From: Leidyana gryllorum EB-2025a
Taxonomy: Eukaryota > Protista > Apicomplexa
DNA: 64,000 nt
Assembly (NCBI GenBank): GCA_048772705.1
Contig: JBLWGC010000213.1
Coordinates: forward strand, 124,001-188,000
Reading direction: 5' to 3'
Part shown: positions 24,725 through 37,400 of the stretch, one piece after another
How positions within the stretch are numbered: position 1 is the stretch's first letter
Layout of the letters: every line of letters begins with the position of its first letter
Translations under genes and position numbers: made by a program
The notes under the pieces: model-generated
What the model saw: only the letters and a program-made list of their open reading frames with translations
What the model was told of the DNA's origin: nothing
The model's database searches: none

Positions 24725-26197
24725 CTACAATGAGTCGTGACTTGATTGTCGACGACGGACAGTCGTGAGACTCGCTACAATGCTGCCAGTGCGGCGTAAC
24801 ACTGTAAACGGCTGTCCAGATTCCCAACGTTGATCTTGGGGTATAGTGCTGATCCTCCTCATGAGATACTTCAGGTCTAAGCTCGGAGGTGTGCTCAGAC
24901 GGATAGTGTCCGATCCGTTGTCAGGAGGCAACTTCAACCTTCTATATGTTGACCACTGGTCTTGAAGTTTCTCGAACAACACGAACACCATCGCATTTTG
25001 AATCAAAGACTTCTGCATATGAATTCCGAAACCGCGGTATAATGAACCAATACCCTGATTACGTATCAAGTGCTGTGAAGAGAGCATATGAGCTGCCAGG
25101 TTTCGATTTCTTGCAACTTACTCTTGCGGTCTTCAGCGGTCCACTTGCATCCATATCAGGTAACGGATGCTGCTGGTACAGTCGGATCACATGTAGTGGA
25201 TAGGTAACTCCTGTTGCGCCAGCTTTGGAAACAACGCTCCAAGCTGCGTGTTTCAAACTGGCCTGCAGAGTCACAGGCAAACGCTGGAAGTGTTTGCCCA
25301 ACATAGTTTTTGCTCGAGGTGTTTCAACAGGTATCAACTGTTTCATCTTTTCGTACAAGACCATCTGACAAACGCATCTATGATAAGAAGAGCATAGATC
25401 AGAGCAATTGGTACCTGAATGGTGTTGTTTGGAATGCCCAATAACATGGTATCCAGACCCTTGTACAGCGCCCGTAGGCCTCCGCGACTATATATATCAA
25501 ACACAGGCTTGAAGAGTGTTGGACGTCTTGTATATCGTACACTCTGATTTTCTCCTGATGTGCCGTCCAGACGTACATCAGCTTGTTTATCCAACACGTG
25601 CAATGCGACATTGGACTTGGCAGTGAACAAAGGATGAGTAAGAAAAATAGTAATAGCTGATGCCGCCGAACCGGCGACCTGGTAGAACATTGTCGGCCGA
25701 GCATACTTGTAGCACTCACCGCGTGTCGTATATGTGTCTGGGGCCACCTGTCGGCGCTTTGTCGTCGGATCATATCGTAAGTGTATCGGAATATGCCCCA
25801 ACTTAACGCTGTGGCACAACTACTTAATCCTATACCTGACCAAGCAGCTCTGATGCCCCTTTTATGGACCAGACTTTGTACTGCTCTCCATGAACGGATT
25901 TTGTGAGTGTTCGACCCGTCCTTGCTTTCTTCGGCTTCTTTGAACGCAGATGGCCCCTCTGAACGCGCATCAATAGATCGGACACGTGTGTGCGATACCT
26001 CGAATTTGAATAGTTTTCACCACCTCCAATGGATGGAGGATGGCAGCGACCGACACTGCAGACGCCATCGAGCTGAGGGCGCCCACAACCACTTGCGAGT
26101 CAGCAATCCGCCCAGCTCGAGCGATGTGCAGCTGCCGTCCCACCAGCTTCCAGGTCGTGAAGGACGGCGAATGTGCGCGGTGCTCCATGTTTCTCAT
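24725..26197 (-). CDS. mitochondrial carrier (SLC25), folate/FAD/NAD-carrier-like, multi-exon
   Basis: Three carrier repeats HPLEVVKT, HPLFTAKS, YPLHVIRL with GLRALYKG and GIGSLYRG. Confidence 0.85.
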
Positions 26198-26244
26198 TGA
26201 AGGTCTAAATTAGTTAGAGCTTATAAGAATTCGTAGTGCACCTC

Positions 26245-26500
26245 ACTGGCGGGGTGGCAATGTAGAGGCCGGTGCGGCATGCCGGCCCCGTGTCGTCATG
26301 GATGGTTTCTTAAAATGGCTAACTGAGTCAACTCCCCGCAAAGGCTTGCCATCCCAGTAATGGGACAGTGCCCTACCTAGTGATATCCCCTTGATCCCGA
26401 TTTCGCTAACGATTAGTCCCCTTTTCACCCATTACCAGTAGTTTTCCTCAGTTCGGGGTGTGTGCGGCACTGGGGCGTCTCGAAGTGATGGATTATTTGA
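26245..26500 (+). ncRNA. candidate structured non-coding RNA of unidentified class
   Basis: Largest intergenic gap in the window; several 6-10 bp complementary helices; TATAA upstream and T-runs downstream; strand is inferred. Confidence 0.35.
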
Positions 26501-26583
26501 TTTTAGGTGCTCTGTAGTCGGCCGTCCACTGTACTTGCGGTGGTGGTGTACTTTTTTGCTTCTTTGGTTTTGTTCGGATCGAT

Positions 26584-28048
26584 ATGCGGTTTGTTGTATT
26601 TGTAGCTGCGAGCTTAGCTTCGCTAGTTGCTGGGGATGAGGCCTTGTCTTGCCCTGCCCCACCGGTGTGTGACTACTCGGCGTATGAAGTGAAGGTTAAG
26701 GAGCTCATGTCTGGTAAAGAGGCTTGTCTGCAATCCAAAGTCGCGGAGCTGGCTGCGAAGGATGGAGCGCTTGCTGCATTAAAGGCTGAGCACGCCAAGG
26801 CTTTGACCACAGCTCAAACCGAACTGGAGCAGTTCCGGAAGACAGCTGGTGAATACAAGCAGCAGAGTGTAAATCTGGAGAAACAAGTTGCTACTTTGCA
26901 GAGCCAAGTTGCCAAGGCCCAGGAAGCCGATGAGCTCAGTCGCCGGTATGCTACTCTCGAAAAGTCCTACAAGGAGTTGGTCGAGAGGAGTCAGACTGAT
27001 ATTGCGACCCAGAAGGCAGCTCTGGATACGGAACGTCAGCAGTCGCTGGAGAAGCTCAAGTCATGCGAGACGACTCGATCCTCTCTGGAGCGAGACTTCC
27101 AGGCCTACAAGCATTCCGCCGGACAATACGAGAACAAGTACAGCGAATTGAAGCAGGAAACAGAGAAGTACAAGGAAGAATTGGGGGCCGCTAAAAGACA
27201 GTTGGATCCCCTGGTTATGGCTGTGTACAGCAAGAGCCACGTTAATTATGCTAAGAGTCATGTTACACGGATTGGTACCGCTTTCCTCGCCTTCGCCCAG
27301 AAGCGGTTCACAGGTCTGGTGGGCCCTGACTTTGTGAAGCTGGTGAAGCTCCAGGCGACTGTTTGGGGCAGACGTGCTCATGCTAAGGCCCTTGAGCTTG
27401 GCTCTCCTCTGTGGGCTAAAGCTCAAGTCTTCTACACCGAGAAGCTTGAGGCGCATTGCTCCCCGATTATTAGTCAAGCCCTCGAATTCAAAGACAAGCA
27501 GTCCGTTGTGGTGATAGACGTAGCCAAGGATCTGGCCGCCAAGTTCTTGGTTGTTACTGAACGTTCTATGGATCGGATGATCCGCAATCTTTCTACTGTC
27601 GATCCGACCATTGGCGAGGTGTTCGGTCACGATTTCACTGATCGATGCTTCGCATTTGCCTTTGTGCTCTTCTGTTTCTACGTCGCATCTTCAATTGTTT
27701 CATGGCTCTTCCATGTCTTCATCGGGGCACCGTTTTGCTGGCTGTTTGGAATCGGCAAATCCAAGACTAAGAAGTCCAAGAAGGCCGCCAGCAAGTCTGG
27801 CAAGGCTGAGACCACCAAGGGTGAGTAGAATTTCGTGTTTGTCTGTGCGATTTGACCGGGAGCATGAATGACATCCTTTGTGTGCAGGCAAGAATAGCAC
27901 TGCGAAGGGCTCCCCGAACACTAAGGATGGGATGAAGTCGGATGGCAAGGTGGTGGGGAAAGCGGGTGACGCTAAGGCCGACAACGGCAAACCGGTGGTG
28001 AAGGGTGGGGACGCCAAGCCCACCAATCCGAAGAAGAACAAAGCTTGA
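26584..28048 (+). CDS. signal peptide, long coiled coil, C-terminal TM and Lys/Gly-rich tail; function unknown; one intron from 27821
   Basis: MRFVVFVAASLASLVAG; heptad-rich segment; TM CFAFAFVLFCFYVASSIVSWLFHVFIG; second exon ends NPKKNKA*. Confidence 0.8.
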
Positions 28049-28097
28049 AAACATTTCCCCTAGTAGTGAAAGTTGCTAGGCAGAGCGACTGACAAAA

Positions 28098-29509
28098 ATG
28101 CTTTCAAATCAGCTCACGTGGGACGCCATAGATTCAACCGATGTCAGGAGTCCGGCCTGCCGAGCCTTGGCATACCTGACCTTCATATCGCATTTCACGC
28201 CTGCTCGTATTGTCAGTAACGCTGCAACCTCAAACACACCGGATTCTGTAACTACACTGCGTGCCATCAGAGCAGAACTGCCTATTCTGAACCTCAAAGA
28301 GGCCCCGTCTTTCCTTCGAGATCTGGCTAATGCTGTCAACCGAGCGGCTGAGCGACTGCGTATTTTGCAAGAAGCCTTGGACTTTGCCAAATTGATGGGT
28401 CGCGATTGTGGTGAACTGGCCGCAGGAGAGGCCCTAAGTGCGCTCCATGACCATCTGAGTATCAGCGCGAGGCTGCTGGCGCGTGTAAACATCGCCCTCG
28501 ATAGCCAGGAGAACCTGGACCTCATAGAATCCTTAGACGATAATATTCAGTGGCCTCCTAACGATCCCAAACGGTTCAACACTGGGCGCGATACTCGAGA
28601 GTGGTTACGAGAATTGAGCTCGTTGGAGTTGCCCTGGATCGGACCTGAAGAGTCGGAGACGCCTATCTGCAGCCAGAAATCGTTGTATCGTCACAAACTG
28701 ACTCGAGAAACTCAGAGGTACCGACCGGTCTGCTTCTCCTCCACTGAGGTGTCATCCGATCCTTGTTGCAGTTTGGAGGTGCGTTTGGTGACGCAACTTC
28801 GCGGTTACTGTGAATTCTGCGCTGCACTTCCTCCTCAATGTTTGGTGACGCCGGCCCGGAGGCGGTCGTCTTTCCGTGTACCTCCAGCTGCTGCCGTTGG
28901 AGCGGAGCCCGCAGCCTCAGTGCACTGGGACGGGTCTCTGAATGACAAAGTTCGTGTGAATGAGCTTCGAGAGCTATGTGCCATAGAAAGCGACATTCTA
29001 ACCCTACACCAGCTACAGCAGCAGCTGGCCAGTCACGTTGCTCAGCAGAGCGATCCGCTGAGCGCGTGTGAGGGGACCATCGAGAATACTCGTCATCAAA
29101 CCGAGCAGGTAGGGTTCAGAAGTGTACTACCTCACAACCTGTACACTAACTTTTGTAGTCTAAGCGCGAGTTGGTGGAAGCAGCTCGTCAACAAAGCCGT
29201 GCATGGACGTGGGAAGGTGGAGCAGTGGGAATGGTCGTGGGAGCGCTGGCGGGGCTGCTGGCTGGACCGCCTGGAGCCATCGTGGGAGGGGCTGCAGGCG
29301 GGGCCTTGGGTTCTTTGACTGGCAAGGCTCTGAAGGGTCGCCAGGAGAGCCAGCTGACTCAGATCTTGGACCCGACCGACGGTGTTGAGCCGTTGGAGGG
29401 GGTCCGTTCAGCACCCAGGCCTCCAGTGATGGCCTCCTTACCAGTATCCACGGGTTTCAATACACTGAGATGGCAGCCGAAAAATGAAAGTGGACAAAAT
29501 TTGCGTTGA
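28098..29509 (+). CDS. syntaxin-17-like Qa-SNARE; intron 29109-29158
   Basis: SNARE heptads LCAIESDILTLHQLQQQLASHVAQQSDPLSACEGTIENT followed by Gly-zipper hairpin GGAVGMVVGALAGLLAGPPGAIVGGAAGGALG and a basic tail. Confidence 0.7.
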
Positions 29510-29518
29510 CGTATAAGT

Positions 29519-31327
29519 ATGTCCCGCCGTGGACGCGCCGGAGGGTGGTACTCTGCCAATGACTTCTCCCACCGGAACAGCGGATATCAATCCGGAGGAG
29601 GATATCAATCAGGAGGAGGAGGATACCAGTCAGGGGGTGGAGGCTATCAGTCAGGAGGAGGAGGATATGGAGGGGGTCGAGGGAGGTATGAAGAACCGAT
29701 GTATCGAGACGATAGCTATAGAGGAGGGGGGCGTGGCCAAAGAGGCGGCAGACGGAACGCTCCCACTCAAGGTCATCGAATCGTGCCTGAAAGAGACTAT
29801 GGAGTATGCTTTCACTATGCCATAAATGGTACTGCCTAACATCTCTTCGACAAAATCTCTCTGTTTGACCACAGGTAGCTGCCGATTTGGCGTGAATTGC
29901 CGGCATTTGCACTGCCTGAGACAGGTCGGAGCTGCCCCCCACGCACACGAGGGGGCGCAGATTCAATGTATGGAAGTCGCTCCGCTCGGCCTGAACGAAG
30001 GATCATTCCAAATATTTACAGGAGGAAAGGATGGACTACTCAAAGTAAGTTGCACCAAGTCAGGATGATTGATCAAGCGACTACCATCAGAGATGGACTG
30101 CAACGCCTACGAGAGCGCCCACTCCTGGTCCAGGACCGACTGGGTCAGCAGCTCTGGTGGATGATGGCTTAATTCCCATGGATGCGATCCGTCCCCCGTC
30201 TAACACGATGGACACGAGTGATTCCGACTTTGTTAAATATGAGGTCAAGTTGGCTTCCACCTCCAAGTTCACTGCAGCAGTTACCTGTGTAATGCTTACA
30301 ACGGAATGGTATGTCATTTTCCTATTGAGTCTTCCAACCAACCATCTTGACTTCAGCCTTTTCGTAGCCCTCGCTGATGGGAAAATCCATGGGTATCTCA
30401 CATCCGGCGACTCGCAGTTCGAACTTGCAGGCCACACAGTTCCTGTACACTCCATGCTGCTCATAGACAACATTCTTGTCTCGGGCGATTTCGGAGGGCA
30501 CCTCATGTTCTGGAGACCCAGCGCAGATGCTGCCGGAAAACCCACCTTCTCTCTCGTCCAGCACATACCGTTGGAAAACGGTATCAAGTGCTTGCGAGAA
30601 GTCACCGTGCAAGGGCCGGAAGGAATGATCAAGTGAGTCTCCGAACACACACACACACTCAATTATGATGCGTGTCTCCCTCCTCACAGGACGCTATGGG
30701 TCGGGTGTGTTGCGCGGGTACTGATGATAAATCTACAAAACTTGTCTGTCACCATGAATCATCATTTACCGCCGAGACCTGGAGGGGCCCCCCTCAAGAA
30801 TGATGTCTGTATGGACATCTTACCGTTTAACAACACAGTGCTAGCCGCTGCGCTTTCGGGGAGTCTCATGCAATTCGCCCAGACCGGCGAGCTATTGCAG
30901 ACCTACCAATTGGGGATGGATATTCTAGTGCTAACAGGTACGCCATTACTCAATTCGTGACTCGGACTTGCACTACTACAACTCTATCTTCTCCACCACA
31001 GGTGTACTTGGCCCCACTGGACCTTGTGCGGCCGTAGGAGCTCAGTTAGTGGGCAGCGCGGCAGACGTTGGGGAGTCGGGCTATTTAGTCCTTTACGATC
31101 TGTCCCAGATTGCTACCGCCGCGACGTTGCCTAAACTCTGCAGCTATGGGGTGTCCCAGAAACGCGTCAGGTGCCTACGTAGTGTGGATCCATCGCTGGT
31201 AGCTGGTATGCCCAAGTATCCGCCTGTAATGGTGACTGCTAGTGAGCTCGGACAGCTGAGCTTGTGGACTATGTCCCCGAAAATCGAAATGTTCCAGCCA
31301 TCACATCAGCACCAAAGTCGGCGATAG
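29519..31327 (+). CDS. RGG/GYQS low-complexity region, CCCH zinc finger and WD40 repeats (ZFWD-like), multi-exon
   Basis: Spliced CFHYAINGSCRFGVNCRHLH (C-x8-C-x5-C-x3-H); WD motifs IFTGGKDGLLK, LAGHTVPVHSM..LVSGDFGGHLMFW. Confidence 0.8.
29582..29675 (+). repeat. coding tandem repeat (G)GYQSGG x4
   Basis: 18-21 nt units TATCAATCCGGAGGAGGA / TACCAGTCAGGGGGTGGAGGC with synonymous variation. Confidence 0.9.
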
Positions 31328-31409
31328 CTCATCTTCACCATTTTTTCGTCACTGATATACAATAATAATAGTGCGCCCAACCACTACCCATATAGTTAGC
31401 ACATAATGG

Positions 31410-34400
31410 TTATTTCAGGCCAACAGCTTTGGCAAAACCACCCCACACTGTCTGCTTCTTCTTATTCTTGCCAAGAATGTCCTTGGCATCGAACCCAGCT
31501 CCAGCAGCTGCTCCATCAGCGCCAGCGGCACCAGCAATCTCCGCAAACACATTCTCGACTCTGCAACGAACGCGCGCGCACGCACGCACATTGTGTGTCA
31601 AGTCGATTAATCAAAACTTACTCTCCGCGGGCTGTCGTTTCCTCTTCACCCGCAGCCGGACTCTGTACCGAGGCGACTGCCTTCTTTTTCTCCACCGTGT
31701 AGTTGCCGCCGAGTTGAGCCAGCAGCATGGGCTGTGTTCCCAGGAATGTCAGGAATTCGGCAACGTAATCAAAGATATTGACCAAATTCCCTCCGCCTCC
31801 CTCGCCGGCACCGGCCTCGTTCTCGCCTCCCCGGATTTTGCCGAATAGTCTCATCTTCTGTTGGTTGCCCTGCTCGCCCTCCAGCTCAATCATGGGATCC
31901 ACTTGTTGATCCTGCGCGAATTGTCGGATGGACATGAGGTCACGGCCCAATACATCGAGGTCCTCCATACTGTACTGGTGCCCCATATAGCCCAACTCGG
32001 TCAACAGCATCGCCCATCCCTGAGGTGTAAGACGACCAATGTTTCCGCCCGCCTCTGTTTTCACTTGATATTTACTCACCTTGATAAGTTCGTGGATGAT
32101 CGATTTGAGGATCTCTGTCCTATAGAGGTCTGGGGTGGCATCCACAAACTTCATCACTGTTTGGTGGAGCGATGCAACAATGTCTTCGAGATGTGGGCCG
32201 GACCGGAAAGAAGGCACATACAATTCTTCGAACAGATCGCAGCAAAAGTCAAAGTACACAATGCGCATAGCCGTCACGCGACACACTTCCCGCGCTCTGT
32301 GGAGGATTTGACCTCTGCATTGATCGACGGCACTGCTCAATTGCTGATTCCAGTTCTCGAGCCGTGCCGATTGACCCTCATCCACCATAAGATTTCGCTC
32401 ATTGACGTTGACTCGCCGACCACCAGCCTTCTCCAAAGCCTTGAGGATGTCTTGGTGTTTGGGATCCTGTTCCTTTGTTTGTGCTGCGGCTGTCGTTTCG
32501 ACCTCCCGCGACAGCTGGGGCAGCTGCTCAGCAAAGAAGTGCAGATTATGAAGTCTGGTGAGCCAGGCCGGTAGAGGGCTCTTGCTCAATGACTGGCCAA
32601 CGTTCATCAAATGGATGGCGAGCATCGGCCCGATGCGCGCTGCCAACTCTTTGAGCTCTTCACTAATCTTTATGTCGGCTCCAGCGTCCTTTTTCTTCTT
32701 CCGACTGCGCGAGGACGGGGCAACCGCCGCGGCAGTCTGTGTTGGAGCTCCCAGATCGCTGCCCACACTCTCCAATTGTCCGTCGTTCATACTGCGTTCC
32801 TCATCACTCATAAACTCTGCTCGGCTAAAGTCTGCTCCGAGTGCCAAATCGTCCTCGGCGGCACCCAGGAGGTCCAATGTAGCGATAGTTTCGTCTTCAT
32901 TGTTCTGTTTCTGCAGTGCCTGCAGTTGGTCGGCCAGATTGGGTTTGGACTTTTTGTTCTTCCCTTTCAGCAGGCCGCCCATATTCAAGAGTCCCTTCTT
33001 CTTTGGCATCGTGTGGGCAATCAGACCTTTGATACCGCTGACATCCACCCTCGGAATGGGGTTGGTCAAATGTTTGAAGGTGGTTGAGCACTTGGCCCCG
33101 AGGGTGGTCAGACGGGTGTCGGTGACAGAAGACTTGACGTAATCACCGAACATCCGGGTGAGACGTCCGAAGAACTGTATGAGAATCGGGAGAATCCACT
33201 CGATCGCCGCGTTGAACTCCCACACAGCATCGAGAATGTGGTGGATGAATTGGAAGAAGGTCACCAAAGCTGAGGAGTGCATCACCTCTGGGGGCGAGAC
33301 GGGTATCCAGTCCTCGGATTTGATACATCTGTTGAGCAGTGTATCGATATTCTTCAGTTTCTTGTTGAGGGCAGTTGCAACAGAACTGGCCAACGGTGCG
33401 CTTAGGGGCTCGACGTCTTCCAACAAGTGCTCAAACCGCGTTCCAAGTCGAACCTCTTTGACGAGGCGATCGAATTGGCTGAAACTGGCCACAATCTGAG
33501 CCGAGTTTGGCGGGAGGTCCTCTTCTGGCCAGAATGGAGAGGTTCGCAGATCGTCAAACATCAGTCTCAACTTCTCCTCGGCGGTGTGAACCTGCGTAAG
33601 GGTGGGGGTGAGCAAAGGTTCGACAGATTTCAATTCACACACAACTCACCACTATGAGGGCATGTTGGTTTCCGGGTAAGAGTGGTGACCAAACGGGTGT
33701 ATAATGTATAATCTCCGCTCTGAGCTCTGTTAGGAAAGTTGTGGTAGCGACAGAGAACTTTCCAATGACCTTCGACCACGCCTTCTCAATCTCCAACTTT
33801 TGATCTTCGGGCTCCTCATCAAAGTCGACCAATTTGTGCAGAAACCATCCGACCTCTTCGGTCGGCTGATGAATTGTTCGGATGGCGTCCTGGAAGAGTC
33901 GATCGAAGAGGTTTCGGACAGATGTGCAGATAAAGTAGCGGTACAGATCGTACTGGGCGATCGGCCCATAGAGGATCGATGGCAGATCCAACACGTTGAG
34001 AGGATTGACGTGGGGCGGTTGAGCTGCAAAGAGAGAAAGAGAGACAGCGCAGAGGTCGAAAAGGAAAGAAAGTGACTCACGTGGCTCGTCCACCGGCGTC
34101 AACACCAACATATCGCTGACCCTTTCGTACAAGTTGACGAGAGCGGGAAGAGTCTCGGATTCACAGTGTTGTCGATAGTCACTTAACACATTGAACATTT
34201 GCACTCGGAACTGATTAGTGAGTAACCGCCGCAGACACAGTTCGTTCATTATGCGTTCCACACGACTCGGCAGTAACAACGATACACCCTCGGGCTCGTC
34301 TCTGATGGTTTCGACGGGATACCATATGTGAGGTTCGGCTGCAATCTCGTTCAACTTGCTGTAGTCCAGGAGGCTAAAGTCCGGATCGTTCGCATGAGAG

Positions 34401-37400
34401 AACTTCTTTGCGGCCCCAGCGAGCTGACCGCCCGGTCCCTGAAGCACAGTGCCAGACTCACTTCGCGGCGCCACACCTTTGCCGCTCCGAAACTCGCCTC
34501 TCTTTTTGTTCAGACTATCTGCAGAATAAGTCGGGTGGCATTGCAACGAAGCGCGACACTAACCGAACAGATCCGTGGGTGTGGACTCGAGTAGACGCAG
34601 GGCTCGCAGTTGAGTCAAATTGGCCTCTGGACTCAGACTCGGTACACTGCGAGGGAGATGACTTGGACGTTGGAGTGACACCCGCCTATGGCTCACCTCA
34701 CATACGGCTCCACGCCGGCCGACGCGCTCTGAGGCCCGGCTTCGGAAACGGGGCTGAAGCGTGCGCCAGTGGCAACTGATGTGAGGAGCCAATTCTGAAA
34801 GTCGCAGCTCAATTGGCTCATTGTGGTGAGCATCTCTACGGCCACCATGAACTGAGGGGGTACAGCGGCGGGATCTGTTGCTGGGGCGTCTTTGTCATGG
34901 GAGGACCGGTGACTCGATATAGAGTCCTCCAAGTCGCCAATGTCAAATTCATCACCGCCTCCCCGTTTCTCCCCGGCCGCCGAGATGCCTTCTTCCCAGA
35001 TGGCTTTGATAAAGTATAACGCCATTGACTCTAATGTGGTGAGCGCGTAGGATACTTTGAGCCGGTTCCAGACGGAAGGATCATAGCCGTGTTGCATCAT
35101 ATGGGCAGCGATGATAACCGCCTGAACAGAGGGCGAAGCGTCCAGCAGCATCTTGTTGGCCGAGCGTTTATCGCACGCCAATTGACACATCTCGGAGAGC
35201 ACGTAGTGTTGAATGGGCAGTTCGTACTGCCAATAGACGTCGACAGCGCTGGCTTCCAGGACGGCTAATATGTCAAAGTTGCAGATCTCTGCTGTCCAAT
35301 TCTCGCCGTACAATACTCGTCCAGCGTCCTGTGGATTGTCGTCAGCCTGTCCCTCGTCGTCCTCCGAGTCGCCAAAGTCGCTGAGCTCCCTGTCCACCGA
35401 GAGGGTGTGGCGAAAATTGCCCCCCATAGCGGCCAATCGTTCGTCCTCGGCGGTCTGAAGGGCGCCACAATGGGTGGGGTCTGCTACAAGTTCGAGGAGG
35501 CCTACCGTATGTCTGATGCACTTGTCGAGCCCCGATATACAGCTGAGGAGAGCGATGAGTCGGAGGAAACCCTCGGCGTTTCTGTAGCCGTAGCCAATGT
35601 CATCGACCTCTGAGTCGGGCTGTGGGAGCTCTGTGGCCCGATAGGCCTGGAGATCAGCGGTGTACCGCGGTAACTCGACCGGCACATCAGTGTCCCGGTA
35701 GGAGTCTTTACCCCATCTGTTGGCCTGGAGGGCACCGAAGAGATCGTTGATTATGACAGTTGCCAGTTTGAGACAGTCGACCAGCTGTGTCAGGTTGCCT
35801 TGGAGGAAGCGATCGTCTTCGAGGTCCGGGGGAGGTATCTTGCAGCATACCACTTTGTGCCATTCTGCGCGTTTCACCCAGTCGTTCAGCCACGAGTACA
35901 TATTCTTCAGTTGCGGCATAAAGTGTACCAGCCTATCGATCTTCATCAAAACAGATACGCGAACAAAATGCAATTGCCGGAAGATCCATGCGCGGGCTGT
36001 GGACGTTCTGAGGGTGTTGACGAGCGACTCGTCTTGTTCGGCGCTGGCAGCGATCCAGCTACTATGGAGTCGTGAGACTCGGAAACGCACGTCGAGGGGT
36101 GAGAATCCCATAGTGTGAGACTCTTCTCCGAACTCGAGTCCGTGGGGAAGGAGCAATCCGGATATTATCGAATTGTCGTTTGCAGACAGTTGCAGTTTGA
36201 CTCTCCACGCTCGAATAAGACTCTTGAGCATCGCAACGTCTTGTTCGATCATGGCAGCCACTTGACTCTGTTGGGGTGACTCTGCCAATTTGCCGAGACT
36301 CGTGTCGTTCTGGGCGAAACGGGCCATATCGGCCGAAGCTGTGGCACTCGGGGGACTGCGGCCAAATCGCGGCTCAAGATCGTCCTCTGATAAGAAACCT
36401 TTCCAAAGCAAAGTGAGGGGATAGAAGCCAAGTGGTCAAGGGGAGGAGAGGGAACAGCAGACAGCAGTGTATACGCACCCGGGGCGGCCACGAGACTCGC
36501 GCGACGGTTCCGAGTTGGGGAAGAGAGCACGTCTACAGACGTTTAATTTCGACCGAACCCTCTCTACCGCCTTGCTGTATCTTACCCTGATTCTGGTTCA
36601 AGACGATCCCGTGTATATCCTGCGCGGGCAATCTCGCAACTTCCCGAGCGATCAATGCTTGACTCAATGTGTGATAGATAAGGAGAAGGGTTTCGTACGC
36701 AAACAACTTCCATTGACCCGCAGACACTGAAGGCGCGCCCCATTCCAGCGCGTTTGTAATCTGCGCGCGCGCATTGGAGGTGGGGTCCTCAAATCCAAAT
36801 TGCCGCCTACCGGGTGCAGAATGCCCACGTTGTGAGGCAGATTATAGGGCAGCTTGACGGTATACGCCTCAATGCCGTACTCCACATCGTACCCGCGGAA
36901 GTACGTCTCGGAGTCCCACGGCTGAGTCCGCACCACGTCCGGGATGTGCAGATTACGCAAAGCCCACAAGTACTCCTCCAGTCGTCGTTGAGATTCCAAC
37001 AACTTTTCCACAGTACGTTGAGTTGGAGTCTGCACAGCGGGAAATGATCGAGGGGGGACCAACGGAGACGGCGACAGAGACGGCGACAACAGAGACGGAG
37101 ACAGAGACGGAGACGGAGACAGAGACAGAGACGGAGACGTGAACTCACCCATTCAATGCTAAGTCGCGAAGGGAGCGCCGGCAGGAACTCCCGTATGGTA
37201 TCTGCAAACGGTCATTGTCGGAACACATCAGTCACGGCATACCTTGTTCTGGAGTACTGCTCTCAATGCTTGCCTCTTCCTCAGTCAAACCTTCGAGACT
37301 TCTGCTGTCACTGGGGATCCGGCGCTGCTGAGGTGGGCCTCCGACTCCCAGAGACTCTTGACTACCGGTCTTGTCGAAGGGCGGCTGGCCTTTCAGTGTA

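Noticed and set aside
26415-26460. CTGAGGA...GAAA hammerhead core on the minus strand
   Set aside because: Stem II does not pair and no correctly placed NUH cleavage site was found
37030-37152. ORF start MGEFTSPSLSLSPSP as the N-terminus of a separate gene
   Set aside because: It contains a perfect GTGAGT donor and CAG acceptor and is better explained as an intron
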